Below are positions 50,701 through 61,009 of a stretch of 64,000 bases of DNA, in pieces. The DNA comes from a virus. The stretch lies in UHGV virus genome UHGV-0010228. One strand, 5' to 3'. The notes under the pieces were generated by a model that ran no database searches, was not told where the DNA came from, and worked only from the letters and a program-made list of their open reading frames with translations. How positions within the stretch are numbered: position 1 is the stretch's first letter; each line of letters starts with the position of its first letter. The translations under genes were made by a program, and so were the position numbers.

Positions 50701-53700
50701 TTTCTGCAGCACCTTTGGTGAATAATGCTGCATTAGCCCCGCCCTGAGTAATATATCCATTAGCAGCTGCCATTTTACCAATGTCTCCAGGTGAAATCAT
50801 TTTACCATTAATATCATTTGCAATCATTGCTAATGATGTAGGTCCACATCCACCGTTTGCCATAGTAGATGGCTGTCCATTTGGTAATGTGCCTAATGGA
50901 ATACTTGACCACTGAGCATTTTTCTGAGATAATGCCTGACCATATCCAAAACCAACAGGTCCTCTGCCAAAACCAGCATTATTTATATTTGAAGATTTAT
51001 TTCTATTATTAGATGTATTAGTAGATGCTCCACTTCTAATAGTACCTCCACTAACATCATTCGTTATATAATCATCATTATAATCAGTCATAGTATAGCC
51101 ACTGTATGCACCAGCAGGTTTACCATAACCTAAAGCTTTATTCATAGATATGATTGGATGTCGAATCACACTCCATACACGTTTTATTACACTTCTATTT
51201 GCTATAGTGTCACTATATTCATCTAATGTTAAATCATCACCATTTTCTGCATTATATTGAGCAGCTTCTTCTTCAAATCTTTTCTGAGCTTCATCAAGAT
51301 TAAGAGCAAACTGATCATTGAATAACCCAGATAATTTATCATATAAGAACGATGCAAATTCACATTTAAGATCACATCCTTTAAATGCACCTACAACTTC
51401 TAATGTTAAGTCTATTACAATACCTACACTAATACCCATAAGGCATTTCATTACTGATGATATGAATCTCATTAATAAATCAACATCATTTGCATTTACT
51501 TTGAATAAATTAGCAGCTTCAAAGAATCCAGTTGCTAAATCGTATACACCGAATAATATTCCTATCGGAGAAGTAGTTATTCCGGCCTTAGCTATCTGAG
51601 TTCCTAATAAAGTTGCATATTTCATATATATTCTATCTTCTGATAATATAAATGTTAACTTATCTTTGAGCCATGAACTAATAGCAGATATTGTTTTAGC
51701 AATAACTGTCTTTTGTCCACTCTTATCTTTCATTATTTTACCTAATACTTTTAGTACAACCTTATTCTTTGCAATTGCACTTATTCCTTTTTCTACTAAT
51801 CCAAATGCTTTTCTAATAAGACCTTTTCTACTTTCTTTAACTGCATCACTAGCTCCTGTTTCAACAACGCTCTGTGTTGATTTCTTAAGAATATCTTTTT
51901 CAAAATCAGTTGTTGCTTCACCTGCAGCAGCCTTTGCAGTTGCTTCAGCAATAGCACCAGCTTCGGACTTTGACATAGTAAATCCAAGATCAAGGGCTGT
52001 ATCTTTAATAATGTTTCTTCTAGCAATATCCACAATTGATTTGCTTACAGATTCTGATGCATATTTTTCAAGTACTCCTAATCTTTCTTCAACTGGAAGA
52101 TACTTTAATACTTCTTCTAATAATTCTTCAGGTGCTTTATGAACACTAAGGCCTTTAGCAACCATAGCTCCAGCACCACTTTTAACATTACCAGCAGCAC
52201 TTTCAGCAGATATTCCTTTGAGAATATCATATGCTTGCTTATCATCTATATTTGAAACTAATACTTTATTGACTTCGTCTAATGTCTTATCAGATATATT
52301 ATTTAATGCGCCATTCTGTAATACCCTAGCTCCAATATCAGATGCACGTCCACTTCTAAGACCTGTAGAAGATACTATAGTATTTATACTTGATCCTGCT
52401 ACTGATCTAGCAACTGAACTCGTAGCTTTAATAGCGGCATCGCCTAATGCGGCACCTCTAGCTCCACCATATAATGCCCCTGTAACTGGCGAAATTCCTC
52501 CTGGCATTAATCCAAAAGCTCCACCAACCGTAGCACCCAGGACTGCACCGGCACCCTTATATAGCAATTTTCCAGTTCTACCACCACGAGCAGCATTAAT
52601 AGCACCTCTAACAAATCCATTTAATCCTATTCTTTGTGCATCAGTATGCTCAGCATATGTTGCATTTCCATCTTCATCAATACCTATAGCATCTTGATCT
52701 CTAGTATATGAAATAGTACCATCTTCATCAACATCAATAACATTATTACCATTAGCTTGCAAGCCTTGAATCATTGATGCTCTTTGCTCTTTGCTCATGT
52801 GAGCAGTTGATAATGTGTATACTTCAGTTGTATCAGTTTTAAACTTCCATCCTGGGACTAGTTTACCAACAGTAACATTCCATAATGCTTTAAGAACTGA
52901 TCCTGCTATAGTTGGAATTACAGAAATAAATGCATTCATCATTGGTTCTGCTAATGTATTAAACATGACCTTTATAACATCAGCAATATAATGAGCATTC
53001 TTTCCTATATTTTCAAATACTTTAGTTATTGATGGGAATATGTATTGATTCCAATACATTGGGAAGTTTTCTGAGAACTTATTAATACCATTACCAATAG
53101 ATGTTAATCCATGCTCTAATGTTGGTAATACATATTGATCCCAAATTGCTCCACGCTCAATGAAATTAGAGAATTCCTGAGTCTTAGCTTCAAGTCTAGC
53201 CTGGAAACCAGGTCTTATAATTTCAGCTATACCTATAGTTATACCTGCTACAGTGTATGCAGGAATAATTTTCTTAACACCAGCAACTACTAATTTAGCA
53301 GGAAGGGTATTGCCAACCGCACCTAATACACTTCCAGATACTCCTAAAATCTTTCCAAGAGCTTTTCTAATTATAGATGTATCATTTTCAGTTGGTTTTT
53401 CTTCTTCTTCATTAGTTTTAGCAGCAGATGTTGCACCTATAGTTGCAACTGAAGTTGCACCTTTACGAACTTCCTCAGTATCTTCATCTTTTCTATTAAG
53501 AGCAAAAAAGCTCTTAATATTATTTTTCATATTTTGAACATTCTCATTTTCTGTTATTTTATATTTATCCATTATACGTTTACCGAAACGCTTTAATGGA
53601 TTTCCTTTTGACGTACTCTTTCTCTTCTTTCTAACATCATCACCAGTAATATCACCATCTGTATTGATTTCAACATCAACTGCAGCAGCATCAGCAATAT

Positions 53701-56700
53701 CCTGATTAATTTTATTAGCTTCTTTCTGAAGATTTTCATTTTCTTTAGCAAGATTTATCTGTTCTTCCTGAAGCTTATGATTTAATCCTGCTAATTCATT
53801 TGTCTCTCTGAATAAATCAATTATCTTCTGTAAGTAAGATGACTTAGCGTCGTCATTATCTTTAATCTTAGATTCTACAAAATCTGCTAAACCATTAATA
53901 CCTTCAGGACCTAATCCCTTATCAATTTTACCAGATTTCTTAACTCTCTTAAGATTTTCAATAACGCTAGCATTAGATGCATCTTCTGATGTTCTACCAC
54001 CAAATGTGAATCCTGAAAGATCTACATCTCCTGCATACGCAGCTTTAATTAATTTATCAAGGAATATATCTTTATTAATACCTACTCTAGAATACATCGC
54101 ATCATCATTAAATCCAACATTCATTCTCGTAGCTTTTCTGCGTATATCTCCATATTTTCTAACATATTCTTCACGCATAGCTTCATATTTATTCTTGTCA
54201 GCTTCAAACTGATTCTTCTTTGAATTATATCTAAATCTCTTTTTCTCATTCTCATCTTTACGCTTTCTCTGCTTTACAAAATCTCTAAAATTACCAGTAG
54301 CAAAATATCCTGATTCTCTATATTCGTTAAATAAATCATCATCTAAGATATCTGCACTAAGATTACCAATATCTTCGATACCCATACCACTAGTATCTAT
54401 TCCATGTCTCTTTAACTTCTTTAATATTCTATCTGCATATTCAGTTCTATCAGCTTCACTAGTAAATTCATTTATTTTAAGATGGCTATTTAAAGCCTTC
54501 CCAGCAAAGAAATCTCTTATTGACTGGAGATAATCTTCTACTGCTGTCTGATAGCGCATAGTGCGTTCTCTTGCAGCTTTTTCTTCTGGGCTTTCCTGAA
54601 CTTTAACACCATCACGCATTATCTGCTCTTCAAGTGTGCCATTCTTTACAGCCTTAGACCATTCTCCACGTCTATAAAGTAAATCCATAATATCATCAGA
54701 TGTTTGTAATCTATTCAGATACTTATCATCTTTCATACCTGCTTTACGGAACATCTCACGATATCTCTTCACCTGTTCATCTGTTAAATCTACTTCTCTA
54801 CCACCAAGATCTTTAATTGTGATATTTTCTCTGATCTTATTGACCTTTTTCCACATCTTATTTTCTTTCTTGGCAGCTTTAGCTTTTGCATTTAGATCAT
54901 CTAAATCATTATCTGCTGTCATCCAATCAAATGCATTTCTACCAAGATCTGACATTTGATCAGCCCATCCTTCTTTTGCAGCTCTAGCTATATCACCTTT
55001 ACCTCTAATAGCTTGGAATATATCTACAGCTTTTCCTAATCCTGTTCTGCTATTACCAGCTTCACGTTCAGTTCTCCACTTACCCATGAGCATAGTAGCA
55101 ATATTTCTACGATATTCTTTTCTATAATCACCCATAGCATCTTTACGTTTACCACGAGTCAATAACTCTAAACCACGAAGACCTATAGAAACCGGAGCAA
55201 CTGCACCATAGATTCCTAATGACGCCGTTTTAGTTACAGCTTTAGTGATAAGCTTAGTTAATGACGCTACTGGACCAAATATTCTATGAAGGGCACCTTC
55301 AATAATAGTCTTAGCACCATCACCTATTTTTTCAATAACCGCTTTTATATTGTCTACAATATTATCTTTAACTTCTTTTATACTATCAACTATTGGACCA
55401 AATGCTTTTCTAAATGGTATTGTAATATTTTTTCTAATGGTATTTAAAGTTCCCATTACATGTTCTTTTGCAGGTCCTATGATATTATCAATTATAGTAA
55501 CCTTCATAACATTAGCCATTCGTCTTAAAAGACCATTAGTTTTTCTACCTATTACATTACCATTTTCATCAACTTGCTCTGTACCAAATAAGTATTCATT
55601 AAATTTCTTACTTGCAGAACTCATTCCGATTACCATACCAGCAATACCCATACCAATAGGTCCACCAGCAGATAATGCTGCAGGAATAAATCCCATATGA
55701 GACATCGTAGTAGCAGTTAATGCACCAATAGCAAAACCTTTTATTCCCTTACCGATCATAGGGAATAATTTGCCGAGTCTTTCTTTAGATTTATTCCAAT
55801 GATTTGATAACCAAGTTCCGCTGCGTTTTCCATCAGCACCTTTTTCACCAAATAACATTGATTGGAAAGACTCATTATTCTTTAATATACCTAATGCCGC
55901 ACCTAATAACGCACCACCAATTACACCAGAAGGTAATAATGCAGATGTTAACACTCCACCAGCACCAAACTGAGATACTGTCGAAGGCAATACTATTGAT
56001 TTTATAACACCTAATGTTGCACCACCAATTGCAAATGGTAAAGCTTTCTTAAATGATGCTTGCATCTTTTTAGTGAATATACCACCATGACGCTCACCAT
56101 TATCATCCATCTTACCAAACATTACAGACTGGAATGCTTCGGTGTGACTAAGAATTGATAGACCAGCCGCAGCGATAGCTCCACCTAATACAGTGTGAGG
56201 TAAAAATGCAAGACCGGTTAATCCTAAATTTTGTCTAGTTGCTAATAATCCGAAAATACCACCAGCTATTGCAGCTGCAGCTGCTTTAGGAGCAATCTTC
56301 TTTGCAGATTCTTTAAATTTTTCAAAGATATTCTGAGTAACTTTCTTTTTCTTAGTACTATCATTACTACCTTTTATATCTTCAGCAACATCTTCTGCTG
56401 CATCTTCAATTTTTTCTGCACCATTATATATCGTTAACGCAAATTGATCTTTTGCTGACTCGATCATATCCGCGGAATTATCAACTCCAACTGTGAATCT
56501 TTTCTTAGCACCTATAAGTTTCTTTCCAGTGAATCGTTTATAGTTACGCTTAGGGCCTTCTAATAATTTTGTCTCAGTAGCATTTATATATTTCTTATCT
56601 TCTACATCATCTGTAAGATTACTAGTAATATTTACTGTAGATTTTCTATCTCCTGGCTTTCTGAGTTTCCTCTTAAGAGATTCTTTTGTAACCCCTTCAG

Positions 56701-59680
56701 CCAATTGTACTTTACGAGGATCATTTTCCATTTGATAAACTTTATTTCGTTTATCTTTTCTATGTCTATCAGTCCATGATAAATATTTAAGATAAGTTTC
56801 ATTATTTTGCCAATCCTCACCAAATAAGTAAGTCATGGTACCACGCTGAATCTTATCGTATCCTTTTCCTAATTCTTCTTTGGTCTTTTTCCAAAAAGAC
56901 TTTTTACCATCCTTAGCTTTCTTAACCTGATCTTTAAATATACCATCTTTTTCATCAAAGAAATATTTCTTTATCTTTTCTCTAAGTTTTTTAGATGGTT
57001 CACTATCCCAGAATTTTGATAATAATCCATTTTCACCAAATAATGAAGATGTGAAATTAGTAAAGCTTGCAGATAAATTAGAAATTGCTATTGTATTAGC
57101 ATTTGCATTCTGCATTAAAGCTTCTTCTGGGGTATTTGGTGTTGGAGCATCTTGTAATCTATTAACTAAATTATTTCTAAGAGCAGTATCCTGTGCAACC
57201 TTTCTCTGGTCTCTACCAAGAATATCTTTTGGATTTCCGGTAATGTCCATCTTTTCAACTTGTGCACGAATATCATCAGTATCATTACTATGCCTAGCTC
57301 TTCGATTACGCATTCTATTGCGTAATGCTGCTTTATTACCACTAAATTTTACAGACCGTTTAGTACCAACACTATATGTGTTATAATCCAGATCATCAAA
57401 ATCAAAATCATCGGCGCTTCTAACTGGTCTGTAATGTTTATAATCGAAATCATCTTCGAGATCTTTATTTATCCCATATACAGTTCTAAAAAGTCTATCA
57501 TCTACAGGATCTACAAATTTTGATCTAGCATATTTATTCATTCTCTTCTTGCGCATTGCTTCGGCACGTTTAGGAGAGAATTTTCCAACAATTTTTTCTC
57601 CAAGATGAGTATTCTTTACTATCCATTCTTGATAATATTTCTTAATTATTTTCTTACATTCAGTCTTTTGCTCATTGATAGATGTAGCTTTATCGGCTAC
57701 CTTTTGTATTTCTTTATAAAATCCAGGTTCTGATGCGATATCTTCAATAATATCATCAGTAATTCCCATTTCTCGCATATAGTTCAATATACGTTCATCA
57801 ATCAAGCTTGAATCCATAAAGGCATATTCAAAATGGTTAATATCGAACTTTCTTCTACCACGTTCATCAGTACGTTTAAACTTTATATTATTTCTTCTAT
57901 CATTCCAAGCAGTTTTTCCGTACTGATTATTAATGTTTCTAAATATTGAAGTATCTGATGATCCAATATCAAATAACTTCTCGTTCAATCCAGCAATTGA
58001 CTCATTTATATAATTATCATAATCCATTATAGCTTGCTTATATAGATTATAATTTTCTTTCTTAAGATATGAGATTGCCTTTGCGAACTCAATACGTGCT
58101 TGTTTATCATCTATATTATCAAATATTCTATCATTAGTAATTTCACTTACTCTAGATGAAACCTTTTTTCTTTGCTTCTTATCACCAACTCCATTTATTG
58201 CATCAGTAATAGATTCGGCCATATTATTAAGAGAATATTTAAGCTCATCATTGAAATCTTTTTCAATACGATCTTTAGTCTTGAACATTCCTGTTTCATA
58301 ATCATAGTATCTCTTATTACCTTTACTATATGAAACTCGATTAAATCCATTAGGATCAACATTGAGATTTGATTTGGATAATATCTTACTGATATTAGCA
58401 ATATTATTATCCATACTACTCAAATATTCAGGAATTACTTCAACTATAGCTCTTTGAGCATATCCATTCCATGGTAAAGCATCTTTTGTATATCCACTAA
58501 GGCTTAATCCTTTTAATTTATTTCGGTCATTACCAAAAATATCACTAATTCCTAATAATGACCATATCATCTGCCCACCAAAGCCTAAACCTTTTGGTGA
58601 ATAACTCCCAATTCTTTTCAATATCTCATCGGCATATTTGCCAATCTTTTCATCAAATTTCTTTAATGATTTTGGCATTGCCATACCAATGAATTTTTCT
58701 GCAATAAATCCTACAGGATCATTCTTTATTTTCTTTATGGTATCTCCTCCGCCCATTCCTTGACCAGGAAGCATGAGCTGAGCCATTGTACCTAATAATG
58801 AATTTCCAAAATTATTTTTAACGTATCCAAGATATTCTTTTACATTAAATCCACTAGAAGTGTCAAAGTTTTTGCTTGAAGGTTTATCTTTAGAATATTT
58901 ATATTTTGTCATATTTTCAAGCATATCGCCAATTCCACTCATCATATCATTTGCAGATGAGAAGAAATCGCCCATAGTTTCATATGCTTGAACTGTATTT
59001 GAATTATGAAATTCTAACAGTTTTTCAATATTATCATTTATTCTATCAACCTTATGATTTAAGGTCATAAGTGATGAATTCAACAAATTCGTTCCATATA
59101 GAACTGAATTTATTATAGCATCAGCATTAGCACTAGAAAGTTTTGCATTTGTCCTATTTATACTATTAGCTAAATGCTCCATTCCTTTTACTTGTGCCGA
59201 ACTTGATAGCACAATTGACTTCGCAACACCAGCAGATGCATTCATATACACTTCTGCGTTTTTTGAATTATTTGTACTATCAGAAAACTCATCATCATCT
59301 AAAGCAAAATCATCATTTAAATCAAAATCTCCCATTATATCATTTTCAAATGAATCATATAATTCATCTGATACAATATTTGAGAAGACTCCCGAATTTA
59401 ATTGCTCTTTTGCTCTATTAAAAGTATCTCGAGCAGCTTTAGCGAGTTTATTTTTACCCATCTCTCTCTGCTCTTGGGTCTGCACATTCTTAAATTTTCT
59501 TGATGTATTTCTTATCTCCTTATTAATTTCTGAAATACCTTGTGCAGTATTATATGTTGATGGTAATACTTCTTTAGCAGTTATCTTAAAAGCATTACCA
59601 ACTGACGATCCAGCATTTCTTACCCAAGATTTTTTCTTAGATCTCGAACTGCTAGATCTAGATTTTATAGTTCTAGCCAA
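47717..59680 (-). CDS. giant (3987-aa) tape-measure-like / ejection protein with peptidoglycan hydrolase domains
   Basis: uninterrupted 11.96-kb ORF; Gly/Ala-rich hydrophobic segments with threefold (E/K)SFQSxxFGE repeat; papain-like Cys peptidase (NGGCGPTSLAMI...GHIVVASG); glucosaminidase/FlgJ-like (AQAIQETSLGS...NNMFGVMP); C-terminal M23 peptidase (HNGIDFAAPAGTPIY...GNHLHYGV); TTG start with RBS AAAGGTGG. Confidence 0.8.
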   Translation of the reverse strand: MARTIKSRSSSSRSKKKSWVRNAGSSVGNAFKITAKEVLPSTYNTAQGISEINKEIRNTSRKFKNVQTQEQREMGKNKLAKAARDTFNRAKEQLNSGVFSNIVSDELYDSFENDIMGDFDLNDDFALDDDEFSDSTNNSKNAEVYMNASAGVAKSIVLSSSAQVKGMEHLANSINRTNAKLSSANADAIINSVLYGTNLLNSSLMTLNHKVDRINDNIEKLLEFHNSNTVQAYETMGDFFSSANDMMSGIGDMLENMTKYKYSKDKPSSKNFDTSSGFNVKEYLGYVKNNFGNSLLGTMAQLMLPGQGMGGGDTIKKIKNDPVGFIAEKFIGMAMPKSLKKFDEKIGKYADEILKRIGSYSPKGLGFGGQMIWSLLGISDIFGNDRNKLKGLSLSGYTKDALPWNGYAQRAIVEVIPEYLSSMDNNIANISKILSKSNLNVDPNGFNRVSYSKGNKRYYDYETGMFKTKDRIEKDFNDELKYSLNNMAESITDAINGVGDKKQRKKVSSRVSEITNDRIFDNIDDKQARIEFAKAISYLKKENYNLYKQAIMDYDNYINESIAGLNEKLFDIGSSDTSIFRNINNQYGKTAWNDRRNNIKFKRTDERGRRKFDINHFEYAFMDSSLIDERILNYMREMGITDDIIEDIASEPGFYKEIQKVADKATSINEQKTECKKIIKKYYQEWIVKNTHLGEKIVGKFSPKRAEAMRKKRMNKYARSKFVDPVDDRLFRTVYGINKDLEDDFDYKHYRPVRSADDFDFDDLDYNTYSVGTKRSVKFSGNKAALRNRMRNRRARHSNDTDDIRAQVEKMDITGNPKDILGRDQRKVAQDTALRNNLVNRLQDAPTPNTPEEALMQNANANTIAISNLSASFTNFTSSLFGENGLLSKFWDSEPSKKLREKIKKYFFDEKDGIFKDQVKKAKDGKKSFWKKTKEELGKGYDKIQRGTMTYLFGEDWQNNETYLKYLSWTDRHRKDKRNKVYQMENDPRKVQLAEGVTKESLKRKLRKPGDRKSTVNITSNLTDDVEDKKYINATETKLLEGPKRNYKRFTGKKLIGAKKRFTVGVDNSADMIESAKDQFALTIYNGAEKIEDAAEDVAEDIKGSNDSTKKKKVTQNIFEKFKESAKKIAPKAAAAAIAGGIFGLLATRQNLGLTGLAFLPHTVLGGAIAAAGLSILSHTEAFQSVMFGKMDDNGERHGGIFTKKMQASFKKALPFAIGGATLGVIKSIVLPSTVSQFGAGGVLTSALLPSGVIGGALLGAALGILKNNESFQSMLFGEKGADGKRSGTWLSNHWNKSKERLGKLFPMIGKGIKGFAIGALTATTMSHMGFIPAALSAGGPIGMGIAGMVIGMSSASKKFNEYLFGTEQVDENGNVIGRKTNGLLRRMANVMKVTIIDNIIGPAKEHVMGTLNTIRKNITIPFRKAFGPIVDSIKEVKDNIVDNIKAVIEKIGDGAKTIIEGALHRIFGPVASLTKLITKAVTKTASLGIYGAVAPVSIGLRGLELLTRGKRKDAMGDYRKEYRRNIATMLMGKWRTEREAGNSRTGLGKAVDIFQAIRGKGDIARAAKEGWADQMSDLGRNAFDWMTADNDLDDLNAKAKAAKKENKMWKKVNKIRENITIKDLGGREVDLTDEQVKRYREMFRKAGMKDDKYLNRLQTSDDIMDLLYRRGEWSKAVKNGTLEEQIMRDGVKVQESPEEKAARERTMRYQTAVEDYLQSIRDFFAGKALNSHLKINEFTSEADRTEYADRILKKLKRHGIDTSGMGIEDIGNLSADILDDDLFNEYRESGYFATGNFRDFVKQRKRKDENEKKRFRYNSKKNQFEADKNKYEAMREEYVRKYGDIRRKATRMNVGFNDDAMYSRVGINKDIFLDKLIKAAYAGDVDLSGFTFGGRTSEDASNASVIENLKRVKKSGKIDKGLGPEGINGLADFVESKIKDNDDAKSSYLQKIIDLFRETNELAGLNHKLQEEQINLAKENENLQKEANKINQDIADAAAVDVEINTDGDITGDDVRKKRKSTSKGNPLKRFGKRIMDKYKITENENVQNMKNNIKSFFALNRKDEDTEEVRKGATSVATIGATSAAKTNEEEEKPTENDTSIIRKALGKILGVSGSVLGAVGNTLPAKLVVAGVKKIIPAYTVAGITIGIAEIIRPGFQARLEAKTQEFSNFIERGAIWDQYVLPTLEHGLTSIGNGINKFSENFPMYWNQYIFPSITKVFENIGKNAHYIADVIKVMFNTLAEPMMNAFISVIPTIAGSVLKALWNVTVGKLVPGWKFKTDTTEVYTLSTAHMSKEQRASMIQGLQANGNNVIDVDEDGTISYTRDQDAIGIDEDGNATYAEHTDAQRIGLNGFVRGAINAARGGRTGKLLYKGAGAVLGATVGGAFGLMPGGISPVTGALYGGARGAALGDAAIKATSSVARSVAGSSINTIVSSTGLRSGRASDIGARVLQNGALNNISDKTLDEVNKVLVSNIDDKQAYDILKGISAESAAGNVKSGAGAMVAKGLSVHKAPEELLEEVLKYLPVEERLGVLEKYASESVSKSIVDIARRNIIKDTALDLGFTMSKSEAGAIAEATAKAAAGEATTDFEKDILKKSTQSVVETGASDAVKESRKGLIRKAFGLVEKGISAIAKNKVVLKVLGKIMKDKSGQKTVIAKTISAISSWLKDKLTFILSEDRIYMKYATLLGTQIAKAGITTSPIGILFGVYDLATGFFEAANLFKVNANDVDLLMRFISSVMKCLMGISVGIVIDLTLEVVGAFKGCDLKCEFASFLYDKLSGLFNDQFALNLDEAQKRFEEEAAQYNAENGDDLTLDEYSDTIANRSVIKRVWSVIRHPIISMNKALGYGKPAGAYSGYTMTDYNDDYITNDVSGGTIRSGASTNTSNNRNKSSNINNAGFGRGPVGFGYGQALSQKNAQWSSIPLGTLPNGQPSTMANGGCGPTSLAMIANDINGKMISPGDIGKMAAANGYITQGGANAALFTKGAAEMGLKPHQVTRGSELYTNIKSGVPTIVAGRGDHTNDPFTSAGHIVVASGMDSNGNIIIKDPMDGKTKSYSASSVINNATGGWSYGYGNINIPDMYKTKKTAYDIPFGYGLISSTLNKLSNKSKLVKDITTAKKNEAKTTTNYNPPAPSKLYNAANKTKLTSRDIENKYLADPYKFCAIKKSIPPVPEQTKDLAGIGNTALYSLILSYKKSDFKLYDKYIVEGYKKYEALSWRKKVNTYGDNIFRTRYIYEYVYKKWKSSTGSNDTTITKIDYFNKSTDVCNVATIGKKNVPVSKITDAELRRLVDTVMQSADRDKYYTLRDYWRYVEIPINKKYNKYSIVIKDGETETGTNVTYKSKSVIKQHERTRLSYIYVNWGLSSSKIKDMQERVDNSEYYVNGVDMSSIAATDESLASGLLEHTREGVMNFLGSLKGENLFTKLKRLAGAISSYMTAYVNGTDPWEAIASELESDVSSDYETAEDGKTLGSTGIVDFNGSSITIPAELNVSGRQWAKKSLSERLNILAKFAQDNARSTSLPPSLTLAQAIQETSLGSAGGALSSNNMFGVMPKGKLAKYNTIGDSVVRYWDVLSGKLYSGARTATTAYDAMHAVANAGYCTSTYDYPNNIPMAKIDYENKLKRLYVNYNLGQYDSVGGKNIYGWGDIDLPIGYGNSTWGEMISGYAEGVGNAMKASKMGDLWDWINSKYSSGKSSNTNTTSKSSSSSLSGSSVGSSVNVVGNNAKEAIQKTLKYTRISSPFGYRSDPQSGKRKMHNGIDFAAPAGTPIYTPVSGTVTRSESPGSTGGFGNLVVVTDSKGTQHYFAHQSKRLVSKGARVAKGAKVGLVGSTGKSTGNHLHYGVKKNGSWINPASYSLVGLGPDYNKKLNIANVNMAKRYNINPDAPYFGGNSENGGFINKNTFINANNDGVESRLDTIANTIDKWYGDSKNSSPTNITNSGNTTIIGGNKTNNISTGSRAKSAKSLKNPNLNSMYNKIATL

Positions 59681-59767
59681 ATTAAATTCACCACCTTTCA
59701 GCTATAGATTAAATTTAGCCTAAACTTTTATCGGTCTGTTTTTATAGGTTAATTTAGGGAATTAAAT

Positions 59768-59799
59768 AAAATAGATAGTTTATATAAACTATCTATTTT
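59768..59799. terminator. palindromic terminator
   Basis: aaaatagatagttta-ta-taaactatctatttt. Confidence 0.65.
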
Positions 59800-59808
59800 A
59801 TTTAGTAT

Positions 59809-60216
59809 TTAAATCTTTTGTGGTATATGTGTATATACACAGCCTTCATCACCATCACCGGAATCAAACTTACAATAATTAATATACTTTAAAGCAATTA
59901 ATTGCGCCAAATCTTCATGAATTCCTAAACAAATGTGCATATCCTGACTCATCTCACCAATAACGAAATATGTTTGACGACCTTCATCAATTGTTTCTAT
60001 ATCTCTATACCAACTTTTTAATTGACTTATAGATATTGGTTCATAATTATTATCTTGGGCAAATTGATATTTTTCATATATTTCTTTTCCCGTAAGCTTT
60101 TTTAAATCAGAATTATATGCGTTTAATACGCGTCTTGCTTCATCATTAAATTCTTTAGTTGCAGTTAATGCTATTACTAATTTAAGGAGATCATTTTCAA
60201 TCTGTTTTATTATCAT
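59809..60216 (-). CDS. hypothetical protein
   Basis: 135-aa ORF. Confidence 0.5.
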   Translation of the reverse strand: MIIKQIENDLLKLVIALTATKEFNDEARRVLNAYNSDLKKLTGKEIYEKYQFAQDNNYEPISISQLKSWYRDIETIDEGRQTYFVIGEMSQDMHICLGIHEDLAQLIALKYINYCKFDSGDGDEGCVYTHIPQKI

Positions 60217-60321
60217 ATTTCTATCTTTAAAATAACCCTTAGGATAAGGTGTAAAATCATATTTTATTTGGCTTTTTATAGTATCCAGATTAAGATAAAT
60301 ATAATCAGGTGCTTTTCCTTT

Positions 60322-60335
60322 CGGAATATATTCCG
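60322..60335. terminator. short palindrome cggaatat-atattccg
   Basis: 4 nt downstream of stop of 185-aa gene, T-run follows. Confidence 0.45.
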
Positions 60336-60338
60336 ATT

Positions 60339-60896
60339 TTATCTATCACCATATTTTTTATAAAATTCATCCACATTATCTTGATAATATCTAGTTATAT
60401 TATTTATCATTGTGGTAATATCTAAATATACAAACTCTCCCCTGTCGTTAGTAAATAAATAAGCAATATCTTGATCTCCAATCCAATAATATACAATCTG
60501 TCCACCGAGTTTTATTTTGAAAAAATCATTATTGTAAGTTTTAGAATATTCCTTAAATTTTTTATTATCTGGATCTACATCATTAACTGATATTTCAGTT
60601 TCATCATCAGGTCCAAAAATCTTTCGAAATTCTTTTAAAAATAATGCTTTGTTATATTTAATTTTATTCGGATAGCATAATTCGATATAAAGATTTAAAA
60701 AGTTAGTGATATAATTTAAATCTTCATATTTATCTCCTTCTATTACTCCATTAATTTGAGGATCATTGTATACAACTCTTGAAATTTTTCGCATGAGTAC
60801 ATTCTGAGCTTTCTTTTGACTTCTTGCTTCTTTTTTAACAGCTCTTATATCTTTTAATTTAGAAATTAATCCTTCCATTACTATTATATCATTCAT
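60339..60896 (-). CDS. hypothetical protein
   Basis: 185-aa ORF, RBS AAGGAGG, duplicated promoter cassette upstream. Confidence 0.5.
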   Translation of the reverse strand: MNDIIVMEGLISKLKDIRAVKKEARSQKKAQNVLMRKISRVVYNDPQINGVIEGDKYEDLNYITNFLNLYIELCYPNKIKYNKALFLKEFRKIFGPDDETEISVNDVDPDNKKFKEYSKTYNNDFFKIKLGGQIVYYWIGDQDIAYLFTNDRGEFVYLDITTMINNITRYYQDNVDEFYKKYGDR

Positions 60897-60960
60897 ATAT
60901 AATACCTCCTTATATTATATAGTATTAATATAATGTATAATAAAAAAAAACAAGTGAATG
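60897..60960 (-). promoter_or_regulatory. duplicated promoter/5'UTR cassette copy A (sigmaA-like TTGTTT-N15/16-TATATT, T-tract UP element)
   Basis: about 65 bp near-identical to 62502-62566; upstream 26-bp palindrome gtgaatgactaat-attagtcattcac (60951-60976). Confidence 0.5.
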
Positions 60961-61009
60961 ACTAATATTAGTCATTCACTATTATTAACTATATTGATTA
61001 TAATTCATT

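Noticed and set aside
47764-57386. Numerous plus-strand ORFs (60-160 aa) opposite the giant gene (e.g. 51666-52142, 52218-52697, 55350-55700)
   Set aside because: They are antisense to a continuous 12-kb ORF that has clear domain content. They have no RBS and are low-complexity, so they are artefacts.
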